DNA of 64,000 bases from Candidatus Cloacimonadota bacterium (GTDB taxonomy: Bacteria; Cloacimonadota; Cloacimonadia; G963667145), in NCBI GenBank assembly GCA_963676615.1, contig OY781092.1:129413-193412 (forward strand), in the 5' to 3' direction. This document shows, in pieces, positions 56,936-64,000 of the stretch; positions within the stretch are counted from its first letter, which is position 1, and every line of letters starts with the position of its first letter. A program made the translations under genes and the position numbers. Under the pieces are notes generated by a model that had not been told where the DNA came from, did no database searches, and saw nothing but the letters and a program-made list of their open reading frames with translations.

Positions 56936-57412
56936 ATGGTAAGCGTAGATTATTCGCTGATTTTGGTGATTCTGAACTTTATTGTTTTGATGTGGCTTTT
57001 GAATAAGTTCATTTTTCAAAATGTAAAGAAATTTTTGGAAAAGCGCCAGGAGAAAATTGCCACTGAGTTGAAAGAGACGCAGGCGGCACGAGACGAGGCA
57101 AAAGAGCTTGTTTTGCAAAAAGAGCAGGAGCTAAAAAAGGCGGATTCGGAAATCAGGAGCGAGCGCAAACGGGTTCTGAGTAAGGCAGAGGGCGAGGCAA
57201 CGCAGATAATTGATGAGGCGAAATCTCGCGAAAAGGCGATTTTGCAGGAGAGCAAAAAGGAGCTTCTTTCGCAAAAAAGTGCGGTTGTTGCGGGCATTAG
57301 CGACGAGGTTATTGCTTTGGTAGCAAAGGTTTCGGAGAAAATTATTGGCAAAAAGTTGGATGAGAAGACCGACGCTGAGCTTATCAAAAAGATGATAGCC
57401 GAAGGAATTTAG
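56936..57412 (+). CDS. atpF: ATP synthase subunit b
   Basis: N-terminal TM helix followed by a long charged coiled-coil. 158 aa. Position within the operon. Confidence 0.7.
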   Translation: MVSVDYSLILVILNFIVLMWLLNKFIFQNVKKFLEKRQEKIATELKETQAARDEAKELVLQKEQELKKADSEIRSERKRVLSKAEGEATQIIDEAKSREKAILQESKKELLSQKSAVVAGISDEVIALVAKVSEKIIGKKLDEKTDAELIKKMIAEGI

Positions 57413-57416
57413 GACT

Positions 57417-57944
57417 GTGAGAAGTAAGATAATAGCTTCCAGATATGCCAAGGCTTTGTTTTCGTTGTTGCAAAAGGAGAAGCTTGATGTTTTTGGGCAA
57501 GATGCGCAAAAGTTAATCGCTTTTTTTGCGGCGAACGACCAACTGGCGAAGAGTTTGAACAGTTCTGTTTTTGGGAAAGCCAAAAAGGAGAGCTTTGTTA
57601 AGGAGCTTTCTGGGCAGCTGAGTGACGCCAAGATTTGGAATAACTTTTTGTGGCTGCTGGTGAAGAAGCATCGTTTTGATTTTGTGGTGGAGATCTTGCA
57701 GGAGCTTGCGGGCGTTATTTTGGATTATCAAAATGGCGAAAATGTGCTTTTAGTGCTGGCGCGTGAGCATTCGGAAGGTTTGCTGGCGGAGATCAAGGAA
57801 GCTATTGGAGAGAAAATCGGTAAGAAACCGAAAATTTCTTTGGTGATGGATACGGCAATTTTGGGTGGATTTGTGGCGCATACCAAAAATTTTACGATAG
57901 ATTGTTCGGTGAAAAGCAGTTTGGATAGATTGGCTGCTCAATAG
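57417..57944 (+). CDS. atpH: ATP synthase subunit delta (OSCP)
   Basis: N-terminal ASRYAKALF motif. 175 aa. Operon position. Confidence 0.7.
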   Translation: MRSKIIASRYAKALFSLLQKEKLDVFGQDAQKLIAFFAANDQLAKSLNSSVFGKAKKESFVKELSGQLSDAKIWNNFLWLLVKKHRFDFVVEILQELAGVILDYQNGENVLLVLAREHSEGLLAEIKEAIGEKIGKKPKISLVMDTAILGGFVAHTKNFTIDCSVKSSLDRLAAQ

Positions 57945-57954
57945 GAGTTAATGG

Positions 57955-59454
57955 ATGAAAATACAACCTGATGAAGTAAGTAATATTTTGAAGAGTAGAA
58001 TCGACGATTTTACTTTTGATGTAGATATCGCCGAGACTGGAAAGGTGGTGGAAGTTGGCGATGGTATCGCGCGTGTGTATGGTTTGCATAATGTGCTGGC
58101 CTCGGAGATGGTCGTTTTTGAGAACGATGTTTACGGAATGGCGCTGAACCTGGAGGAGGACAATGTTGGTTGTATCCTTTTTGGTAATGGTAGCAGCGTT
58201 AAAGAGGGCGACACCGTTAAGCGAACTGGAAAAGTTTTGCAGGTGCCTGTGGGCGAAGCGATGCAGGGCAGAGTGGTTGATCCGCTGGGCAGTCCGCTGG
58301 ACGGAAAGGGCGAGATTAAGGCGGAGATGTTTTTGCCTGTGGAGCGAAAAGCTTTGGGCGTTATCCAACGGCAACCCGTGGAAGAGGCTTTGCAGACAGG
58401 CTTGAAAGCTATCGATTCGATGATTCCTATCGGTAGAGGACAGCGTGAGCTTATCATTGGCGACCGTCAGACAGGGAAAACTGCGATCGGTTTGGATACG
58501 ATTATCAACCAAAAAGATACGGGCGTGAAGTGTATTTATGTGGCTATCGGGCAAAAAGCTTCGACTGTGGCTGGCATCGTGAAAACTTTGGAAGAGCATG
58601 GCGCGATGGCTTATACGACAATCGTTAGTGCGACGGCGTCGGTTTCGCCAGCTTTGCAATATATCGCTCCTTTTGCGGGCGCTTCGATTGCGGAGTATTA
58701 TCGCGACAAGGGCGAGCACGCTTTGATTATTTACGACGATTTGTCCAAGCACGCTGTGGCGTATCGTGAGCTGTCGCTTCTTTTGCGTAGACCGCCGGGT
58801 CGTGAGGCTTTCCCAGGCGATGTGTTTTATTTGCACTCTCGCCTTTTGGAGAGGGCGAGCAAGTTGAGCGATGAGCTTGGTGGTGGCAGTCTTACGGCTT
58901 TGCCGATTATCGAGACGCAAGCGGAAGATATTTCGGCTTACATTCCTACGAATGTGATCTCGATTACGGACGGGCAGATTTATTTGTCGTCAAAACTGTT
59001 TTATTCTGGGCGTCGTCCTGCGATTAACGCGGGATTGTCGGTTTCGAGAGTGGGCGGAAGCGCGCAGATTAACTGTATGAAAAAAGTTGTCGGTCAGTTG
59101 CGTTTCGACCTAGCGCAATATGCGGAGTTGGAAGCTTTTGCCAAGTTCGGTTCGGATTTGGACAAAGCAACGCAGGCGCAGCTTCGTCGTGGAGAGCGTC
59201 TTATCCAGATCCTCAAGCAAGGGCAGTATAAGCCGCTGGAGGTTGCCAAGCAAATTATGATAATTTTTATGGCGAACAACGGCTATTTGGACGAAGTTGA
59301 ATTGGGCAAAATTCCTGTTGTGGAGGAGAAACTTTTCGAGACTTTGGACGATAAACATCAAGATTTGAAAAAATCTTTGTCTAGCGAAAAACTTACCGAC
59401 GAGCTTAAAGAAAAAATGCACGCTCTTTGTAAGGAGGTCGTGGCTAAGTTTTAG
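57955..59454 (+). CDS. atpA: ATP synthase subunit alpha
   Basis: Walker [16 protein letters not shown]. 499 aa. Alpha-type C-terminus. Confidence 0.95.
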   Translation: MKIQPDEVSNILKSRIDDFTFDVDIAETGKVVEVGDGIARVYGLHNVLASEMVVFENDVYGMALNLEEDNVGCILFGNGSSVKEGDTVKRTGKVLQVPVGEAMQGRVVDPLGSPLDGKGEIKAEMFLPVERKALGVIQRQPVEEALQTGLKAIDSMIPIGRGQRELIIGDRQTGKTAIGLDTIINQKDTGVKCIYVAIGQKASTVAGIVKTLEEHGAMAYTTIVSATASVSPALQYIAPFAGASIAEYYRDKGEHALIIYDDLSKHAVAYRELSLLLRRPPGREAFPGDVFYLHSRLLERASKLSDELGGGSLTALPIIETQAEDISAYIPTNVISITDGQIYLSSKLFYSGRRPAINAGLSVSRVGGSAQINCMKKVVGQLRFDLAQYAELEAFAKFGSDLDKATQAQLRRGERLIQILKQGQYKPLEVAKQIMIIFMANNGYLDEVELGKIPVVEEKLFETLDDKHQDLKKSLSSEKLTDELKEKMHALCKEVVAKF

Positions 59455-59495
59455 TCATTTTTGCTAAATTAAAAGAAGCAAAAATTCTTTTTTGA

Positions 59496-59570
59496 GCGGG
59501 CATAGCTCAGTGGTAGAGCATCAGCTTCCCAAGCTGAGGGTCGCGAGTTCGACTCTCGTTGCCCGCTCCA
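59496..59570 (+). tRNA. tRNA-Gly (anticodon CCC)
   Basis: 75 nt. Acceptor gcgggca/tgcccgc. Anticodon loop ttCCCaa. GTTCGACTC T-arm. CCA encoded. Followed by a T7 run. Confidence 0.8.
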
Positions 59571-59595
59571 TTTTTTTATTTATGAGGTTTGATTT

Positions 59596-60840
59596 ATGTT
59601 GATATCTTCGATCGATTTGATGAACGGAAAGGCGGTGCAGCTTCGCAACGGCAAAGAGAAAGTTCTGGAAAAGTCCGATCCTGTGGCGCTGGCAAAGGAG
59701 TTCGCCAAACTCTCGCAAGTGGCTGTGATCGATTTGGATGCGGCTATGGGCAATGGCGAGAATGAGCAGCTCATCAGACAAATTTGCACTGTTGCCGATT
59801 GCCGCGTTGGTGGCGGGATTCGCACTCTGGAAAAAGCGCAAAAGATTTTTAGTTACGGCGCACAAAAGTTGATAATCGGCACGAGTGCTTTCGCAGACGA
59901 TACGATAAATCACGCCTTTTTGCAGGAGCTGGTGGACAATTTTGGCAAAGAGCGGATAATGATTGCTATCGACGCTCATCACGGCAAAATCGTGACGAAA
60001 GGCTGGAAGCACGATACGGGGCTTGATGTTTACCAAACGGTGGCAGAGCTGGAAAAATATTGCGGCAGCTTTTTGTTCACGATGGTGGAGACCGAGGGCT
60101 GTATGACGGGCATCGATGCGGAAGCTATTCAAAAGTTGCAGACCAAAAATCAGCTGACTGTGGCTGGCGGCATCAAAGACGATGAGCAGGTGATTGAGTT
60201 GAGCAAAATGGGCTACGATGTGCAGGTCGGAATGGCGCTCTACACGGGGGCGATCGATTTGCAGAAATGTTTTGTCGAGTCTTTGGCGTGGGACAAAGCC
60301 GAGCTTTTGCCGACGATTACGCAAGATTTGTGCGGCAATGTCTTGATGCTGGCGTATTCGAATCGCCAGTCGCTTTATAAAACTTTGTCTGCGGGCAAAG
60401 TGACCTACTATTCCAGAAGCCGCAAATCGCTTTGGACGAAGGGCGAGACCAGCGGCAATTTTCAGGATTTTATTTCGGTGCGCACCGATTGCGACAGGGA
60501 TACATTGTTGATTTTAGCAGAGCAAAACGGCGTTGCGTGTCATCTGGGAAACTATTCTTGTTTTGGAGATAAACCTTTTGATCTGAATGTGTTATACAAG
60601 ATTGTGCAAGACAGGTTCGCCAATCCGCGTCCAGAGTCTTACACCGCCAAACTTGCCAAGGGAGATTTGCTCAAAGAGAAGATTATGGAAGAGGCGGAAG
60701 AGGTGTGTGACGCGCGCTCGCGGGAGGACAAAATCTGGGAAGTGGGCGATTTGCTCTACTTTGTGACCTGCTATCTCGCCAAAGAGGGCATCTCGTTTGC
60801 TGAGATTTTTAACGAGCTGCAGAGACGGGATAGGGAGTAG
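59596..60840 (+). CDS. trifunctional fusion: HisA-like (beta/alpha)8 ProFAR-isomerase domain, HisI (PR-AMP cyclohydrolase) and HisE (PR-ATP pyrophosphatase)
   Basis: N-terminus MLISSIDLMNGKAVQL...VGGGIRTLEKA...IIGTSAF (HisA/HisF fold). Middle VLMLAYSNRQSLYKTLSAGKVTYYSRSRKSLWTKGETSGNFQ...CHLGNYSCF (HisI). C-terminus SYTAKLAKGDLLKEKIMEEAEEV...DLLYFV (HisE). Confidence 0.65.
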   Translation: MLISSIDLMNGKAVQLRNGKEKVLEKSDPVALAKEFAKLSQVAVIDLDAAMGNGENEQLIRQICTVADCRVGGGIRTLEKAQKIFSYGAQKLIIGTSAFADDTINHAFLQELVDNFGKERIMIAIDAHHGKIVTKGWKHDTGLDVYQTVAELEKYCGSFLFTMVETEGCMTGIDAEAIQKLQTKNQLTVAGGIKDDEQVIELSKMGYDVQVGMALYTGAIDLQKCFVESLAWDKAELLPTITQDLCGNVLMLAYSNRQSLYKTLSAGKVTYYSRSRKSLWTKGETSGNFQDFISVRTDCDRDTLLILAEQNGVACHLGNYSCFGDKPFDLNVLYKIVQDRFANPRPESYTAKLAKGDLLKEKIMEEAEEVCDARSREDKIWEVGDLLYFVTCYLAKEGISFAEIFNELQRRDRE

Positions 60841-60873
60841 CTAGCGTTTTTAAGTAGCAGTTAAGGCAAAAAA

Positions 60874-60902
60874 AGGACTCTAAGGTTTTTTCCTAGAGTC
60901 CT
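60874..60902 (-). terminator. intrinsic terminator for the minus-strand lipoprotein gene
   Basis: aggactcta / tagagtcct 9-bp stem plus an inner GG/CC pair, T-rich loop. A7 run on the plus-strand 5' side gives a T-run on the minus strand. Confidence 0.5.
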
Positions 60903-60918
60903 TGAAAAAATATTGTGA

Positions 60919-61464
60919 CTAGTCGCCTAAATTTTTAAGCTCTTCTATTATCTCTTTGCAGACTAAATCTATGTCCTCTTTTTCGTCTTCAGGACCAGAT
61001 AACGAAGCTGTTATTTTCAAGTTTCTGACAACTGAATAGTTTATAACATAGTCGGTAAAGCTGTAGTAAGCAACCTTTTTGTTTCCTTTTTTTACGGAAA
61101 TAATATGTGAGAAATGTGGAATATTTAAAGCTTTTTTCCCTAAAAGATTAAAATTGCGGACGAAATCAAATTCGGCAGAAAGAGTTAAACCAGAAGAGGT
61201 GGAATCAAAGATATTATACTCTTTCAAATATTTTTTTAGGTCAGTAGTAAATTCTTGAACAAGCTCTTTTTGAGAAAAATACACTGTGTCGTTTTCCCCT
61301 TTTTCTCCATTTGTTCCTAGCTTCAAATTGACTTCAACTTTACCGAGATGATACCTTGTCACGCCTTTTTTAATGGGAACAGATTTGTCAGAATAAACAA
61401 ATCTTGAGGCGCAACCCATTAGCATTGCAACGCTGATAATAATCAGTAATTTTTTTTTAAACAT
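60919..61464 (-). CDS. lipoprotein of unknown function
   Basis: Signal plus lipobox (LMGC). 181 aa. No recognised domain. Confidence 0.45.
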   Translation of the reverse strand: MFKKKLLIIISVAMLMGCASRFVYSDKSVPIKKGVTRYHLGKVEVNLKLGTNGEKGENDTVYFSQKELVQEFTTDLKKYLKEYNIFDSTSSGLTLSAEFDFVRNFNLLGKKALNIPHFSHIISVKKGNKKVAYYSFTDYVINYSVVRNLKITASLSGPEDEKEDIDLVCKEIIEELKNLGD

Positions 61465-61498
61465 AATTTTCTCCTTAACTTTATATTAGATTTATTTT

Positions 61499-63934
61499 TC
61501 ACCCAAACAACTCTTTTAACTCTTGTAAGCTCAAGTTTTTGAGGGTGTTGTCCACGCCTTCGATAGTTTTTTCAAACAGCTCTTTTTTTTGATTTTGCAG
61601 TTCTAAAATTTTTTCTTCGATGCTATTTTTGGTGATGAGTTTGTAAATGTTGATTTTTTTGGTCTGCCCGATGCGGTGTGTGCGGTCGATTGCTTGATTT
61701 TCCACCATCGGATTCCACCAAGGATCAACCAAAATGACAGTGTCGGCTGCGGTCAGATTTAGCCCCAATCCGCCGACTTTCAGGCTGAGCAAAAACACCT
61801 TTTTCTCGTCGTTTTCGTTAAACTCTTTGATCACTTTTTCGCGAGATTTGGTCGAGCCGTCCATATAGCAGTAGCCGATTTTGTGCTTCTGCAGAAGTTG
61901 CTGAATATTTTTTAGGCTTTGTAAAAATTGGGCGAACACGAGGATTTTTTTGCCGTTCTCCACGCAAAGTTGAATAAGGTCGCCGGCGGCTTCGATTTTT
62001 CCCGAAATGTCGGTCTGGCTGGCATCGACAAGGTTCAGCCCGTTGGCGATTTGTCGCAATTTTGTGATGCCAGAGAGGATGTGAATCGGCGTAAAATTTT
62101 TGTCGTTCAGAATCGATTTGCTGATTTGCTCCCACATCGAAAAGTAAAAATCGTGCTGTTTTTTGCTCATTTTGCAATAAATAATTTGGCTTTCTTTCGG
62201 CGCGAGTTCTTGCAAAATTTCAGCTTTTTTTCGCCTTAAGACAAACGGCGAGATGATTTTTTGCAAATATTTTTCTTTGGCTTTGGACTCCACCTCTTGC
62301 GAAAAAGAGCGAAATCTCGGCAAATATCCAGGCAAAAGAAAATCGAAAATCGACCACAAATCTTGTAACGAATTTTCCATTGGCGTGCCCGAAATAGCGA
62401 TTTTGTGTTCGGCGTTTAGTGCTTTGCAGACAATCGATCGCGACGAGCGAGGATTTTTGATGTTTTGCGCTTCGTCCAAGATCAGATAGAAAAAATCGTG
62501 ATCTTTTAGCAGCTCAAAATCTTTTTGCGCAATGGAGTATGAGGCGACAAAAATTTTGTGTTTTTGCTCAAGCAGTTTTTTTCTGGTCGCTTTGTCGCCG
62601 TGATAATGCACAACTTCGGTCTTCATCTGGAATTTTTTGGCTTCGGCTATCCAGTTGTAAATCAAGGTCTTAGGGCAGATAACCAAACTGTTTTTGCCTT
62701 TGGGCATCATCGCCGCTACGGACAAAGCTTGCAAAGTTTTCCCAGTTCCCATTTCGTCCGCCAAAACGCCATTTAGGTGGTAGCTTTCCAAAGTTTTTAG
62801 CCAGTCGAACCCTTTTTGCTGATAGCTTCGCAGCCATTTTTTTAGCGGCGAGGGAGTGATATTTTTTTTGCTCCTTTGCAAAAGGTCGTTGACCATCTGC
62901 TGCAGATATTGGTCGTCGATAGTCGTTTGGCTGCCCTCTAACGCCTTGATTTGCATAAGCTTATAGTTGGGTAGTGCCCACAGATTTTTCGCTTTGTGAC
63001 TGCCAGAAGCTAAGATTTCTTCGATTTGTTTGACCTTGTCGAACGAACTCTGGGAGATGATAATTTTTTTGTCGTCGCTGATTTGATAGCTGTTTTTTTT
63101 CGTTTTTCGCATTTTGCGCAAGGTCTCAAACGGAATGTTTACGCGCTCGAATTTGAAGTTGATGTCGATTCCCAAAAGGTTTTTTTGCTCTAGCGAGTGG
63201 ATGTCGAACTCTGGCAAAAGCTCCACTTTTTGCGTCAAAAGCTCCTTCAGCTCTTTGGTCAAACTCACTTGCCATGCGGGATTGACGATTTGGTAGATTT
63301 TGTCTTTAATCAGCTCGACCTCGTAGCCAGTGAACTCGGTGAATTGCGAAATCGGCTTGCTTATTTTGTCGAAATAGCTCTTCACTTCAAGCATAAAATC
63401 GGCAGGAAGGTAGCACCATTTCTCGCCATCTTCGAAATTTTGCAAGCTCAGGCTGAACGAGTCAACGATTTTTTCGACCGACAGCAAGTGGTATTCGTCG
63501 AAGAAAATTTCGGCGTCCATTGTCACTTTTCCTGGAGGATGCGAGAAGCGTAAGCGCAGATTGGGCAAGGTTTGCAAGTGTTTTGGCACTTCGCATTCGA
63601 TGTTGAGTTCGTGGCCTTCGCTCTCCAATTTTTTTCGGATCAAAAAATCCAAAAAGACCAGCTCATTGTCGTTTAGGTAGTATTCGCCCTGCAAAAAACT
63701 TTCGATTTTGGCTTTGCTGAACGGCAAATTTATCGTGTAGATGTGGTTGAGCGAGCAAAAATAGAGCGTGTCGCTGACGAAATAGTTGTAGGTGCTGAAC
63801 TTAGTGCAGATCGACATTTTGCGTGTTTTGGAAACTTTGATGGAAAATTTTGGCTTTTTTTGCGAAAAAATCAGGTCGTTTTCGTTCTCTTTTAGTTTGA
63901 TTTGCCCAGCGTCGAACCCTTTTAGGATAAACAA
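61499..63934 (-). CDS. SNF2-family helicase with uncharacterised ~380-aa N-terminal region; may extend beyond the window end
   Basis: Motif I LADEMGTGKTLQAL. DEAQ box LILDEAQNIKNP. HELICc region LGLNLTAADTVILVDPWWNP...QAIDRTHRIGQTK. Confidence 0.75.
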   Translation of the reverse strand: MFILKGFDAGQIKLKENENDLIFSQKKPKFSIKVSKTRKMSICTKFSTYNYFVSDTLYFCSLNHIYTINLPFSKAKIESFLQGEYYLNDNELVFLDFLIRKKLESEGHELNIECEVPKHLQTLPNLRLRFSHPPGKVTMDAEIFFDEYHLLSVEKIVDSFSLSLQNFEDGEKWCYLPADFMLEVKSYFDKISKPISQFTEFTGYEVELIKDKIYQIVNPAWQVSLTKELKELLTQKVELLPEFDIHSLEQKNLLGIDINFKFERVNIPFETLRKMRKTKKNSYQISDDKKIIISQSSFDKVKQIEEILASGSHKAKNLWALPNYKLMQIKALEGSQTTIDDQYLQQMVNDLLQRSKKNITPSPLKKWLRSYQQKGFDWLKTLESYHLNGVLADEMGTGKTLQALSVAAMMPKGKNSLVICPKTLIYNWIAEAKKFQMKTEVVHYHGDKATRKKLLEQKHKIFVASYSIAQKDFELLKDHDFFYLILDEAQNIKNPRSSRSIVCKALNAEHKIAISGTPMENSLQDLWSIFDFLLPGYLPRFRSFSQEVESKAKEKYLQKIISPFVLRRKKAEILQELAPKESQIIYCKMSKKQHDFYFSMWEQISKSILNDKNFTPIHILSGITKLRQIANGLNLVDASQTDISGKIEAAGDLIQLCVENGKKILVFAQFLQSLKNIQQLLQKHKIGYCYMDGSTKSREKVIKEFNENDEKKVFLLSLKVGGLGLNLTAADTVILVDPWWNPMVENQAIDRTHRIGQTKKINIYKLITKNSIEEKILELQNQKKELFEKTIEGVDNTLKNLSLQELKELFG

Positions 63935-64000
63935 AAGTTGCGGTATTTTTTCTGTGGGAATTGTGAAAAATTTTAGTTTGCGATTGCTGAATGTGCGATT

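Noticed and set aside
1-64000. CRISPR arrays, rRNA genes, transposases or integrases
   Set aside because: No short direct repeats with unique spacers, no rRNA-like stretches and no transposase/integrase-like ORFs were recognised.

Overview
This window is a 64-kb chromosomal segment from a Gram-negative (diderm), probably anaerobic bacterium. Possibly a Fibrobacteres-like lineage, but I cannot confirm that from sequence alone. It carries LPS-pathway genes (waaA, GT9 heptosyltransferase, gmhB, lptD) and Na+-type bioenergetic genes (rnfA/rnfB, a c-subunit with the Na+-binding ESTxxY signature). Coding density is high; 5 tRNAs and no rRNA, CRISPR, transposase or integrase are visible. Housekeeping content includes tilS-hpt-ftsH, ybeY-corC-cysS, atpBEFHA, purine salvage and three tRNA loci. 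Accessory or unusual content, in order of interest: (1) a five-gene operon encoding a FliF(RBM3)-TM-FliG-like fusion protein, a FlgP/CsgG-like secreted protein, a TPR lipoprotein and MotA/PomA plus MotB/PomB homologues, with no other flagellar genes in the window; (2) a triplicated c-subunit paralogue between atpB and atpE in which all three ion-binding carboxylates are replaced (G, Q, Q); (3) a conserved but functionally uncharacterised metal-cofactor cluster (DUF134 regulator, Mrp/ApbC, Gly/Arg-rich small protein, two ferredoxin-domain MinD ATPases, two NifX-like proteins, an orphan ModA, a DUF364-like protein), preceded by a perfect 14-bp palindrome; (4) a tyrosine-decarboxylase-like enzyme with its antiporter; (5) an amino-acid permease fused to a PTS EIIA(Ntr) domain; (6) a 2687-aa DUF285/BspA-like repeat surface protein whose gene is full of near-identical DNA repeats; (7) a HisA-HisI-HisE fusion. 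Coordinates of CDS follow the supplied ORF track, with starts refined by codon counting. Short motif coordinates may be off by a base or two.
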